Source: a bacterium
GTDB taxonomy: Bacteria; Hinthialibacterota; Hinthialibacteria; Hinthialibacterales; Hinthialibacteraceae
Assembly (NCBI GenBank): GCA_963663405.2
Contig: CAXXSM010000149.1
Coordinates: 128,936 to 192,935 of the forward strand
Length of the DNA stretch: 64,000 bases
Direction of reading: 5' to 3'
Under the pieces are notes generated by a model. That model saw only the letters and a program-made list of their open reading frames with translations, had not been told where the DNA came from and ran no database searches. Shown one piece after another: positions 52,669-62,383 of this stretch; the first letter of the stretch is position 1, and each line of letters begins with the position of its first letter. Made by a program: the position numbers and the translations under genes.

Positions 52669-54054
52669 TTGGAAAGAACTGTTGTTATGAATATACACTC
52701 CACCCAATCCTGTGTTCTTCTTGTTGACGACCAAGACAGCGTGTTGGCGGCGCTGCGTCTTTTTCTTAAGAATGAAGGGTATCAGACCGTTGAGACGTCA
52801 TCGCCCGAAGCGGCGGTGGAGGCGATTAAGAAGCGGGATTTTGACGTGATTTTGATGGATATGAATTATACTCGTGACACAACATCCGGCGAGGAAGGGC
52901 TTAGTTTATTGGATGAGATTGTATCCATCGATGATTCGATTCCAGTCGTGGTGATGACGGCGTGGGGGCATATTGAACTGGCCGTCGAAGTGATGAAGCG
53001 GGGGGCGCGGGATTTTATTCAGAAACCTTGGGATAATGCGCGGTTGTTGACCATCATTCAGACGCAGATCGAACTCCGGCGAGCGCTGCGGAAAGGGGAG
53101 CGGCTCGAAGCGGAGAACCGGCTGCTGCGGGGGGAACGGCGGCTCACGCTGATCGCGCAGTCACCCGCCATGAAACCGGTTTTAGACGCGATTGAGCGCA
53201 TTGGGCCTTCGCGGGCGAATGTTTTAATTCTCGGTGAGAATGGGACCGGCAAGGGATTGGTGGTGCAAGCGCTTCATGCGGCGTCTGAGAATGTGGAGAC
53301 GCCGCTTATTACCGTTAATATCGGTGGACTGACGGAAGGGGTATTCGCCAGTGAATTGTTCGGTCATGTGAAGGGCGCGTTCACCGATGCGAAGAGCGAT
53401 CGGGCGGGCCGTTTTGAACTGGCGGACGGTGGGGCGCTCTTTTTAGATGAGATCGCCAATATTCCTATGAACCAACAGGCCAAGCTGCTGCGGGTGTTGG
53501 AGACGGGTGAATTTGAGCGCGTGGGTTCGTCAAAGACGCGGAAAGTGAATGTGCGGATCTTCTCCGCGACGAATGCGGATCTGTCGGTGGAAGTGGCTGA
53601 AGGGCGGTTTCGTCAAGACCTGCTCTATCGTCTTAACACCGTTGAGATCATTCTTCCTCCATTGCGGGAACGTTTGGAAGATATTCCCTTGTTGGCCATG
53701 CATTTTCTCCGTCAGCACACAAAACGATATAAGAAACCGATCGGAGGATTTGAGGAGACAGCGATTCATGATCTGAAGGCATACGCCTGGCCGGGAAATG
53801 TGCGGGAGTTGAATCACACGATCGAACGCGCCGTGCTGATGGCGAAATCGGATTCCATCCAAACGGACGATCTGGGGCTTCAAAAAGGCGCTGCGCCAGC
53901 GGCGAGTATTGATGAGATGAGTTTGGAAGAAGTGGAGAAATATCTCGTACAAAAAGCGATGACGCGGCATGAAGGCAATGTCAGTCAGGCGGCAAAAACG
54001 TTGGGGCTCAGCCGGACTGCTTTATACCGGCGGTTGGAGAAGTATGAGATATGA
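52669..54054 (+). CDS. Sigma54-dependent NtrC-family response regulator
   Basis: Receiver (VDD, MDMN, TAWG, KPW); GENGTGK; ELFGH.KGAFTDA; FRQDL.YRL; WPGNVREL; Fis HTH. Confidence 0.95.
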   Translation: MERTVVMNIHSTQSCVLLVDDQDSVLAALRLFLKNEGYQTVETSSPEAAVEAIKKRDFDVILMDMNYTRDTTSGEEGLSLLDEIVSIDDSIPVVVMTAWGHIELAVEVMKRGARDFIQKPWDNARLLTIIQTQIELRRALRKGERLEAENRLLRGERRLTLIAQSPAMKPVLDAIERIGPSRANVLILGENGTGKGLVVQALHAASENVETPLITVNIGGLTEGVFASELFGHVKGAFTDAKSDRAGRFELADGGALFLDEIANIPMNQQAKLLRVLETGEFERVGSSKTRKVNVRIFSATNADLSVEVAEGRFRQDLLYRLNTVEIILPPLRERLEDIPLLAMHFLRQHTKRYKKPIGGFEETAIHDLKAYAWPGNVRELNHTIERAVLMAKSDSIQTDDLGLQKGAAPAASIDEMSLEEVEKYLVQKAMTRHEGNVSQAAKTLGLSRTALYRRLEKYEI

Positions 54055-54127
54055 TGATCTTAGTTTTATTGGAAAGTACTTTGTTCGTGGCCAGTTCTAC
54101 GCAAACCAAGAAGTTTAGATATTTTTT

Positions 54128-54228
54128 TTGTCTGAATCTGGATAGACAGGATTATTAGGATAAGCAGGATAATTGTCTATAGAAAATCCTGTCAATCCTA
54201 CGTATCCAGTATATCCTGATTCAGACAA
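54128..54228. repeat. TTGTCTGAA-ended inverted-repeat element between RR and HK genes
   Basis: TTGTCTGAATCTGGATA ... TATCCTGATTCAGACAA; 9-bp AGGAT/ATCCT periodicity. Confidence 0.8.
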
Positions 54229-54278
54229 AGAAGTGAATCCTCAAGTAGTCAATTGTAAACCTTGCGTACTATCAATAT

Positions 54279-55646
54279 TTGAAAAGAAATCGGATGAAGA
54301 TTCCAAAGTTTGATACCCGCTCTTGGCGTGTTCGATTTTCGTATGAGACGAAAATCTATTTGTACGCGGTGGGGGCGGGTTTGCCGGGATCGCTGCTTGC
54401 GTTTGTTTTGATGTGGAATTTTGGATTTACTTTGGAGACGGGTGTTCCGTTGGGTATCCTTGTACTTGCCGGTTGGTTGGGTTTCGCGACGGCGGCTCGG
54501 AAACAGGCGGTGAATTCACTTCGGACATTAACCAATCTGCTTGCGGCTTTGCGTGAGGGGGATTATTCGATCCAAGCCCAGCGGAGAGATGAAGATGATG
54601 TCTTGAGTGAAATGAGTGGAGAGATCAACCGGCTTGGGAATATCATGCGTCAGCAGCGGATGGAGATGGTTGAAGCGACTACGCTTCTGCGCAAAGTGAT
54701 GGATGAGATCGAAGTGGCGGTGCTCGCGTTTGATCCGGAATGGAAACTGCGGTTGGTCAACCGATACACAGAACAGTTGATGGAACGGCCCAGCGACGCG
54801 CTTCGAGGACGCACCGCTGAAGAATTGGGTTTGCAAGACTGCCTTACTGGCGACGTACCACGCATTGTGAATTTCGCGTTTCCTGGGCGCAGTGGGCGCT
54901 GGGAACTGCGGCGCGGGACTTATCGCGAGCGGGGGCAGCCACACCAGTTGCTCGTGTTGTCAGATTTGACACAAACTCTTCGGGAGGAAGAACGGCAGGC
55001 TTGGAAGCGATTGGTCCAGGTGCTCCGGCATGAAATTAACAATTCTCTCGCTCCCATTCACTCGCTCGCTGAAAGTCTGCAGCGATTGTTGCTTCGCGAC
55101 GCGCGTCCCAGCGATTGGGAGAATGATATCAAGCAGGGGTTGGACGTGATCGGTGAACGGTCAAAATCGTTAAACCGTTTCATGGCGTCCTATGCGCAAT
55201 TAACAAAGCTGCCTAAGCCAAACAAGCGGCCGTTGGATGTGCGGGATTGGATTCAGCGCGCCGCAGTTCTTGAAACACGTCAGGTTGTGATCATTGCGCC
55301 TGGGCCGGATGTCGTGATTGAGGCGGATGGCGATCAATTGGAGCAGATGCTGATCAATCTCATCAAAAACGCCGTTGACGCGGTGCAAGAGACGGGCGGG
55401 GATGTTTCTGTTTCCTGGTCGAACGTTAAAAAAGTATCTCCTTGTTTGGAAATACTGGTTGAAGATGAGGGGCAAGGGATACTGAATCCGGAAAATCTTT
55501 TTGTGCCCTTTTTTACGACGAAACCGGAAGGTTCCGGCCTGGGTTTGATGATCGGGCGGCAGATCGCTGAGGCGCATGGGGGGACGCTTCGTTTGGAAAA
55601 TCGGGATTGTGGCGGCTGCCGGGTGGTGATTCGGCTTCCTTTGTAA
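54279..55646 (+). CDS. Sensor histidine kinase (2 TM, HAMP/PAS-like, HATPase)
   Basis: LRHEINNSL, NLIKNA, DEGQG, FFTTKPEGSGLGL. Confidence 0.93.
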   Translation: MKRNRMKIPKFDTRSWRVRFSYETKIYLYAVGAGLPGSLLAFVLMWNFGFTLETGVPLGILVLAGWLGFATAARKQAVNSLRTLTNLLAALREGDYSIQAQRRDEDDVLSEMSGEINRLGNIMRQQRMEMVEATTLLRKVMDEIEVAVLAFDPEWKLRLVNRYTEQLMERPSDALRGRTAEELGLQDCLTGDVPRIVNFAFPGRSGRWELRRGTYRERGQPHQLLVLSDLTQTLREEERQAWKRLVQVLRHEINNSLAPIHSLAESLQRLLLRDARPSDWENDIKQGLDVIGERSKSLNRFMASYAQLTKLPKPNKRPLDVRDWIQRAAVLETRQVVIIAPGPDVVIEADGDQLEQMLINLIKNAVDAVQETGGDVSVSWSNVKKVSPCLEILVEDEGQGILNPENLFVPFFTTKPEGSGLGLMIGRQIAEAHGGTLRLENRDCGGCRVVIRLPL

Positions 55647-55661
55647 TCACACGCAAGCTTT

Positions 55662-56267
55662 CTAGTACCAACTCTTAGAAACAGAATATACATTTATTAT
55701 ATGTACATTAAGACCTTCGTCTGTTTTTTTAACAAGATTATTGATAAATTTTTCATTATCTATTAGAGTTTTATTTGTTAATCGAACATTACCTTTTGAC
55801 GATTGGGTCCAATCATAGGCGGGTATCTCAAAACCATGAGCAAAACTATGCCGCACTTTTAGAATCTCATTTAATCTCTTTTTCACAACTAACATTGGCA
55901 TTTTTCGTTCAGGCCATACCCAATCATTGATTGGATCATAACCAGTATGATGACTGATAAAATTACGGGCATTATCCCAATTCGGTGTACTCAATTTCTT
56001 AACATCCATTTCGGCCAATTCCTGTGCTAATGTATGAATTGCATGATACTTCTGCAAAAAAGGATCGGCAGTTACAGTAAAGAATTCTTCTATGAGATTT
56101 TTAATATAAGAATCCCAAGCAGCAACATTTGATGTTAACGCAGCATGATAGTAGATTTGTTTTTGCTCAAATGTAATAGGTATTAAACGTTTGTCATTTG
56201 CTGTGTTGCGCAGAATTTGTGATTTATGAACAGCATCCAAGTATTTGAGCCTTGATTGAGACGACAT
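55662..56267 (-). CDS. HEPN-domain protein (putative RNase)
   Basis: N-terminal AAWDSYIKNL helix and RHSFAH (Rx4H) motif; all-helical character; AT-rich. Confidence 0.7.
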   Translation of the reverse strand: MSSQSRLKYLDAVHKSQILRNTANDKRLIPITFEQKQIYYHAALTSNVAAWDSYIKNLIEEFFTVTADPFLQKYHAIHTLAQELAEMDVKKLSTPNWDNARNFISHHTGYDPINDWVWPERKMPMLVVKKRLNEILKVRHSFAHGFEIPAYDWTQSSKGNVRLTNKTLIDNEKFINNLVKKTDEGLNVHIINVYSVSKSWY

Positions 56268-56279
56268 TACTCATGCTCC

Positions 56280-57314
56280 CTATAAGCAATCAACAAATTC
56301 TGACAATGCATCACGATATCGATTTAATGGATCCTGATTAATTTGTACGCGTGTCCCAATTAAATCATGTGGTCCTGGTTTCAATCTATGGAGTGGAGTA
56401 CCTGTCATTGAAGATATAATGCAAGCACTATGATAGTCTGGAACTTCCAGAAAATAATCGCTAGGTTTTAGTCTTGGATTAGAAAATAAGTGTTTATGTT
56501 TTTTATGAATATCATTTATGGTATTTTTAATAGCTTTACTTACTGTTTGAAAAGCTTTGCTAGTTTTACTACCATATACTGTCACTCGATTATTAATAAA
56601 AGAATGGAGTTTTGGTAAATTTATTGACTCATCTTCTGCACGTTTAGAAAAACTTATCTTTGCATAAATCTCAGTTCCGAAGAGACGAATTCCATAAAGC
56701 AATGCAATTACATTTAAGATCGCTCTTCGCGAACTATCATCAGGAGTAAAAGGAACTACAACATGATTAGAAGCAACTAATGCCAATTGTGTGTAAATCG
56801 CGAAACTTGGATTACAATCGATAAAAAAAATTGATTCACGTTCTCCACTTTTCTTGCGTAATGCATCCGTCAAATCTTTAATCCAATTCAAAACTTGTTT
56901 CCACGCATCCACAGGAACAGCCAATTGAGAAGTCTGACGTATGGCTTCAGAAATAACTTCAAGAAGATTATCCCCACATACGAGAAAAAGATTTTCAGGG
57001 ATATTACTATTAATTCCATGAGGTTTGCAAATAAATTGATGAATATCATTGACCATACGAAACGGTGAACTCAGGCGAGACTCTAAATAGCCAGCTACAG
57101 TGGCTCTTGGTTCTTTGTTCGCTTGATCGCGGAGAGCTTTAGGGCTTGTTTCGTATCCACCAAAAAGTATTTCAGAAACATTGGCTTGAGGACATAAATC
57201 GATTATATAAACATCTGCGTCTTGATGGCGATGAGCATACTCAGAGGCGGCGACAAAGCACAAGAAACTTTTTCCAACACCTCCTTTATTATTCCAGAAA
57301 GAATAGGAAACCAT
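56280..57314 (-). CDS. ParA/MinD (SIMIBI) family ATPase
   Basis: NNKGGVGKS deviant Walker A; IDLCPQAN; IDCNPS Walker B; AT-rich. Confidence 0.9.
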   Translation of the reverse strand: MVSYSFWNNKGGVGKSFLCFVAASEYAHRHQDADVYIIDLCPQANVSEILFGGYETSPKALRDQANKEPRATVAGYLESRLSSPFRMVNDIHQFICKPHGINSNIPENLFLVCGDNLLEVISEAIRQTSQLAVPVDAWKQVLNWIKDLTDALRKKSGERESIFFIDCNPSFAIYTQLALVASNHVVVPFTPDDSSRRAILNVIALLYGIRLFGTEIYAKISFSKRAEDESINLPKLHSFINNRVTVYGSKTSKAFQTVSKAIKNTINDIHKKHKHLFSNPRLKPSDYFLEVPDYHSACIISSMTGTPLHRLKPGPHDLIGTRVQINQDPLNRYRDALSEFVDCL

Positions 57315-57431
57315 TTCTCACTCCTTTTATCACCTTTAAATCATTTTAATAATAATATCGTCTTATTATTAAACATACTTATCAGATATTTGCAATTCCT
57401 AAACAAGTTTTTTCTTATTGATGCTATCAAG

Positions 57432-57469
57432 TGTCCGGTATCGGACAGTTCTGCGTTCGGGAGCGAACA
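57432..57469 (+). promoter_or_regulatory. Tandem palindromic enhancer sites for an NtrC-type activator
   Basis: TGTCCG-N4-CGGACA and CGTTCG-N4-CGAACA, 22 bp apart, about 100 bp upstream of a sigma54 promoter. Confidence 0.65.
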
Positions 57470-57554
57470 CTTATTTTTATTCCTCAGAAACACTTTGACT
57501 CCACATATCAATATAAGTCTATTGAAATCAGGATTTTTCTGCACATTTTCATTT

Positions 57555-57569
57555 TGGCGCGTTGATTGC
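57555..57569 (+). promoter_or_regulatory. Sigma54 promoter of the efflux/ABC operon
   Basis: TGGCGC-GTTGA-TTGC matches TGGCAC-N5-TTGC. Confidence 0.75.
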
Positions 57570-57594
57570 CCTCTAGGGGGGCAGGAGAAAAACT

Positions 57595-58848
57595 ATGGAT
57601 ATTCCCCGTGAATCGAATCGAAAGAGAATTATTATCCGCCGGACGTTACAGATTGTGTTTTCGATCGCTGTCATCGGCGCTATTTCAGCCTGGCTTTCCC
57701 AACTCGAAGAGGCCGCTCCGACAGTGCAGCGGGCGCTCGTATGGGCCGAAGAGGTGAAACGCGGGGATATGCTGCGCGAAGTGCGGGGGCCGGGATCGCT
57801 GGCTCCGATTGATATCCGTTGGATTTCACCTTCGACAAGTGGGCGTGTGGAGAAACTCCCGATTCTGCCGGGAACGCCCGTCACGCCGGATACGATTATT
57901 GCTGAGTTGAGTAATCCTCAAGTTGAACTCGACGCGGAAAGCGCAAAGTTGCAGGTCAAGTCAGCGGAATCCAGATACGCCGCGATGAAAGTGCAGTTGG
58001 AAAACGATCTGCTTAATTTGGAAACAGCGGCGGCCCGTGTAGAGGCGGATTACGCCGAAGCTGAACTGAGGGCTCAATCTGAGACGGAACTGGCGAAAGA
58101 CGGTTTGATTTCTGAATTGCAGTTGAAAGTATCTACTGTGCGTGTCGAGGAATTGAAAAAGTTGAAGGCGATTGAACAGAAACGGCTCAAAGTGCAGCGG
58201 GAATTAGCCAAAACCCAGCTGGATGTGCTTCAGTCTGAGATCGAACAAGCGAAGGCGCTGTCTGGATTGCGCGAAGAGTTGGTGGGAGCGCTGAAAGTGC
58301 GGGCTGGATTCAACGGAATATTGGAACAACGCCTGGTGGAAGTCGGTCAGCAAGTCTCCGCCAGCGATAATCTCGCGAAGGTGAGTGATCCAACCAAGCT
58401 GAAAGCGGTTCTTCAGATCGATCAAAACCAAGTGCGCGAAGTGATTAAGGGGCAGCTCGTGCGGATCGATCTTCGCTCGAGTGTGTTGAAGGGTCATGTA
58501 GAACGAATCGATCCAGCGGTTTTGGAAGGGACAGTGAATGTCGATGTTACGATCGATGATCCTCTGCCCCAGGGAGCGCGTCCAGACCAGCGATTGGATG
58601 GCACGATTGAGATTGAGCGGTTGACCAATGTGCTCTACACAGGACGTCCTTACTTTGCGCAGCAGGACAGCGTAATCAGCCTGTTTAAACTGACTGACGA
58701 TTCGAGTGGAGCGATCCGGATTCCAGTAAAACTTGGCCGATTGTCCGTCGGCTCGGTTGAGATTGTTGAAGGTTTAAAGGAAGGCGACCGGATTATTCTT
58801 AATGACATGAGCGACTGGGATGATAGTGACCGGATTAATTTGAGATGA
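57595..58848 (+). CDS. HlyD/MacA-type membrane fusion protein
   Basis: N-terminal TM, VKRG..VRGPG, coiled coil, VRAGFNG, GLKEGDRII. Confidence 0.9.
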   Translation: MDIPRESNRKRIIIRRTLQIVFSIAVIGAISAWLSQLEEAAPTVQRALVWAEEVKRGDMLREVRGPGSLAPIDIRWISPSTSGRVEKLPILPGTPVTPDTIIAELSNPQVELDAESAKLQVKSAESRYAAMKVQLENDLLNLETAAARVEADYAEAELRAQSETELAKDGLISELQLKVSTVRVEELKKLKAIEQKRLKVQRELAKTQLDVLQSEIEQAKALSGLREELVGALKVRAGFNGILEQRLVEVGQQVSASDNLAKVSDPTKLKAVLQIDQNQVREVIKGQLVRIDLRSSVLKGHVERIDPAVLEGTVNVDVTIDDPLPQGARPDQRLDGTIEIERLTNVLYTGRPYFAQQDSVISLFKLTDDSSGAIRIPVKLGRLSVGSVEIVEGLKEGDRIILNDMSDWDDSDRINLR

Positions 58849-59068
58849 CGAAAAGATTGTTTAATTTAGACATAGTTATGAGCTATGCAAGGACAGAATA
58901 AAGCCTTGTCCTTGCCACCCACACCTTAACGATACGAGTGACTGGGATGATAGTGACCGGATTCATCTGCGATAACGAAAGTTTGTTTCATATTGCCCAG
59001 AGAATTGAACCATATAAACGTAGTACAGAATTATGCAAGGGCAGAAAAAAACCTTGCCCTTGCCACCC
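58798..59068 (+). repeat. Tandem duplication of [MFP gene 3' end + family-A hairpin]
   Basis: 58798-58848 vs 58925-58975 encode LNDMSDWDDSDRINLR* / LNDTSDWDDSDRIHLR*; hairpins at 58880-58920 and 59028-59068. Confidence 0.85.
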
Positions 59069-59159
59069 AGACTGATTTAGACAAATAAAAAGTGAGATCG
59101 TACATTTGTACGTACTTACATACCGGATGATCCAGAAATTATTGCATAGGAGAAGAGCT

Positions 59160-59864
59160 ATGACCGAACGGGCGTCTTTGATCAAGATGGAAGACATGAA
59201 AAAAGTGTTTTTAACTGATGAAGTGGAGACACACGCGTTGGCTGGTATTCATCTGGATATCAAGGAGGGTGAGTATTTGTCCATATCCGGACCGTCCGGA
59301 TGTGGAAAATCGACGTTGCTTTCGATTATGGGTCTTCTGGATACAGCGACGGGGGGGACCTATATGTTGAATGGCACGAACGTTACAGAACTCTCGAGAT
59401 CGCAGCGCGCTATTATCCGCAATCGTGAGATTGGATTCATTTTCCAGAGTTTTAACTTGATCGGCGATCTATCGGTATATGAAAACGTTGAACTGCCGCT
59501 GACCTACCGGCGAATGAGCTCCACCGAACGAAAAACCCGCACGATGGAAGCGCTGGAGAAAGTGGGAATGTCTCACCGGATGAAACACTATCCCGCGCAG
59601 CTGTCCGGCGGGCAGCAGCAGCGTGTCGCCGTGGCGCGCGCGGTGACCGGCAGCCCGTCGATTCTGCTGGCGGACGAGCCGACGGGGAATCTCGATTCGC
59701 ATAATGGCAAAGCGGTGATGGATCTGCTGCGGGATCTGCACCGCGACGGCGCGACGATTTGTATGGTTACGCACGATCCCCGGTACGCCAAGCACGCGGA
59801 ACGCAACGTGCATCTCTTCGATGGCAAGATTGTTGATGAAGAGCGGTGGGAGGGGGTCGCCTAA
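59160..59864 (+). CDS. ABC transporter ATP-binding protein (MacB/LolD-like)
   Basis: GPSGCGKST, LSGGQQQR, LADEPTGNLD, VTHD; AGGAG RBS before ATG 59160. Confidence 0.95.
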   Translation: MTERASLIKMEDMKKVFLTDEVETHALAGIHLDIKEGEYLSISGPSGCGKSTLLSIMGLLDTATGGTYMLNGTNVTELSRSQRAIIRNREIGFIFQSFNLIGDLSVYENVELPLTYRRMSSTERKTRTMEALEKVGMSHRMKHYPAQLSGGQQQRVAVARAVTGSPSILLADEPTGNLDSHNGKAVMDLLRDLHRDGATICMVTHDPRYAKHAERNVHLFDGKIVDEERWEGVA

Positions 59865-62326
59865 TGTACTCTTTATGGCTGGATATCCGGTTCGCCGTTC
59901 GAATGATGATGAAGAATATTGGTGTGACCACATTCGCCGTGCTTGTGTTGGCGTTGAGTATCGGCGCCTGTACGGCGGTCTTCTCACTCGTGAATGGAAT
60001 ACTGTTGAGTTCCCTACCGGTTCCCAATCCACATGAACTGCGGATGATCGAGTGGTCTGGCGGAGAGGCGAAATTCTGGATCACAGGACGGCACATGGAT
60101 GATGGGCCAGGACGTTCGAAGGGCGATTCAATGTCGTACGCGATCTTCGAATCTCTTCAAGAACAATGCGCGGAGCAGGGAGACGTCTTTGGATTCGCTG
60201 AACTGCATTTAATTACTGTCCGGGCGGAGCAGGAACCGTTTACGGCGGAAGGGCTGATGGTTTCGGATAATTTTTTCTCTGTTCTTGGCGCCAAATCTCT
60301 TTTTGGCCGCTTATTTGATCCAGGTGACACATCCGGAGATGACGCGCGCGGTGTTGTGATTACGTATCCTTGGTGGGAAAAGCAATTTGGTCTCGATCCA
60401 AACGCGCTGGGAAAATCCATGACGCTCAACGGTCATAGTTTCACGATTATGGGCGTGTTGCCACGTGGGTTTCCCGGTGTTCATATGAGCCAAAAAACAG
60501 AATTTTACGTCTCTATGGACGCGCAGCCGCAGCTGATGCCCGATTGGCCAAAATCGGCGTCCGATCGTTGGTGGGTACGCGTTATGGCGCGCAAGAAATC
60601 CGGTGTCAGCGACACTCAATTCCAAACCGCGTTTGATATGGCTATGGCCAACGCCGCCGCGGATCAATTGAAGGAACCCAAAGCGCTGATCAGCGATGGA
60701 CGGGCCGGTCCAGCGTACCAGAATGAGTTTTACAAAAAACCGCTTCTCTTGCTTTTCAGCGCGGTTTGTTTGGTGATTTTGATCGCTTGCGCCAATCTGG
60801 CGGGCCTCTCGCTTGCGCGGAGCGCGTCCCGGCAGCATGAATTCGCTGTCCGGGCCGCGATCGGCGCAGGCCGCTGGCGGCTTATACGTCAGACGCTTAC
60901 GGAAAGTCTAATTCTGTCATTTCTGGGAGGCGCCCTGGGGATTGTGTTCGCTCTCTGGGGAAAAGAAATTATCGCCCGGCTTATGACCGGCCCAACAAGA
61001 GGATTGCATTACGACACCTCTCTCGACCTGAAGGTACTTGGCTTCACATTCGCTGTCATGTTAACGACTGCTCTCTTGTCAGGTTTGCTGCCTTCGCTCC
61101 GAGCAGCGGGCGCCTCTCCATTGGAAGGGCTTAAAGTCAAAACTTTTTTGGGCGCGCTGCGTTTACAAACCGGCCGGATTCTCATTACGACACAAGTCGC
61201 GCTCTCTTTGCTGTTGTTGACCGGGGCGGGGCTTTACGTTCGGACCTTGATCAATCTCGTACAAATCGAAACCGGTTTTGATATGGAAAAAATACTCCTC
61301 TTCCGGTTGAATCCCAACAACGCCGGTTATCAAGACGAGGAAACGATCCCCTTTTTCGAACGCGCACAAGAATCCCTATCGGCGATCCCCGGCGTCCGTT
61401 CCGCGGCGCTCTCACAATTCGCTTTGCTCAGTGGTTGGATGTCGGGCGGAGGTTTTTTTACTCTGCCCGATCATCCAATGGAAGATGGTTCGAGGCCACG
61501 CGCACATCGATTGACTGTCAGCGAAACGTTTTTTTCAACCATGGGAATCCCTCTTCTTATTGGCCGGGGATTCACGAACGCGGATACGAAGAACGCGCCT
61601 AAGGCTATCGTCGTTAACGAAATTTTCGTACAACGTTACATGCCTGACGGTTACCCAATCGGTGAGATTCTCCGGACAGGTGAAACGGATTGGCAGATCA
61701 TCGGCGTCTGCGCCGATGCGAAATATACCGGGATCAAAGAAGAAGTGCCACCCACCGTTTATTATTCGTACCGTCAAGATCCAATTGGTTCCGCTTTTAT
61801 GTATATCAACACCGCGCTGCCTCCAGCGTCGATTGTTAAGGCGGCGCGGCGGGCATTGAGTGGAATCGATCCGAATGTTCCGCTGACTGATATAGCGACG
61901 CAAAGACAGATGCGCGATCGGAGGATCACGCAGGAATGGATGTTCGCCATCCTTTGCGGATCGCTCTCCATTTTAGCGGTTTTGCTGTCCTGCATCGGTC
62001 TGTACGGATTGATGGCGTATAACGTGACGCGCCGCACGAATGAAATTGGTGTCCGTATGGCGCTGGGAGCCACGCGCGGGCGCATCGCCTGGCCGATTCT
62101 GCGGGAGGCGTTATTGATGTCGGTTCTTGGCGTATTCATTGGCGGTCTTGGCGCGTTCGGGCTGACCTGGTTTATTCGCAGTCAACTCTACGGTGTGGAG
62201 CCGAATGATCCCGTGACATTTATCCTAGCTGGCGCCGCGCTTCTTCTTGTTGGCGTTCTCGCCGCGTGGCTGCCGGCGCGGCGGGCGGCGAAGGTCGATC
62301 CGATGGATGCGCTGCGGTATGAGTAA
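59864..62326 (+). CDS. ABC permease, duplicated MacB-PCD/FtsX (ADOP-type)
   Basis: TAATG coupling; LIACANLAGL, EFAVRAAIGA, GLYG, EIGVRMALGA, VDPMDALRYE. Confidence 0.92.
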   Translation: MYSLWLDIRFAVRMMMKNIGVTTFAVLVLALSIGACTAVFSLVNGILLSSLPVPNPHELRMIEWSGGEAKFWITGRHMDDGPGRSKGDSMSYAIFESLQEQCAEQGDVFGFAELHLITVRAEQEPFTAEGLMVSDNFFSVLGAKSLFGRLFDPGDTSGDDARGVVITYPWWEKQFGLDPNALGKSMTLNGHSFTIMGVLPRGFPGVHMSQKTEFYVSMDAQPQLMPDWPKSASDRWWVRVMARKKSGVSDTQFQTAFDMAMANAAADQLKEPKALISDGRAGPAYQNEFYKKPLLLLFSAVCLVILIACANLAGLSLARSASRQHEFAVRAAIGAGRWRLIRQTLTESLILSFLGGALGIVFALWGKEIIARLMTGPTRGLHYDTSLDLKVLGFTFAVMLTTALLSGLLPSLRAAGASPLEGLKVKTFLGALRLQTGRILITTQVALSLLLLTGAGLYVRTLINLVQIETGFDMEKILLFRLNPNNAGYQDEETIPFFERAQESLSAIPGVRSAALSQFALLSGWMSGGGFFTLPDHPMEDGSRPRAHRLTVSETFFSTMGIPLLIGRGFTNADTKNAPKAIVVNEIFVQRYMPDGYPIGEILRTGETDWQIIGVCADAKYTGIKEEVPPTVYYSYRQDPIGSAFMYINTALPPASIVKAARRALSGIDPNVPLTDIATQRQMRDRRITQEWMFAILCGSLSILAVLLSCIGLYGLMAYNVTRRTNEIGVRMALGATRGRIAWPILREALLMSVLGVFIGGLGAFGLTWFIRSQLYGVEPNDPVTFILAGAALLLVGVLAAWLPARRAAKVDPMDALRYE

Positions 62327-62383
62327 GACAGTCTATTGAATAAGAACCTTGAAGAAAAGAATTGAAAAGTACTGGAGAAGAAG

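Noticed and set aside
56280-57314. Chromosome or plasmid partitioning locus
   Set aside because: No ParB, centromere-like repeats or rep gene; the partner is HEPN-like.
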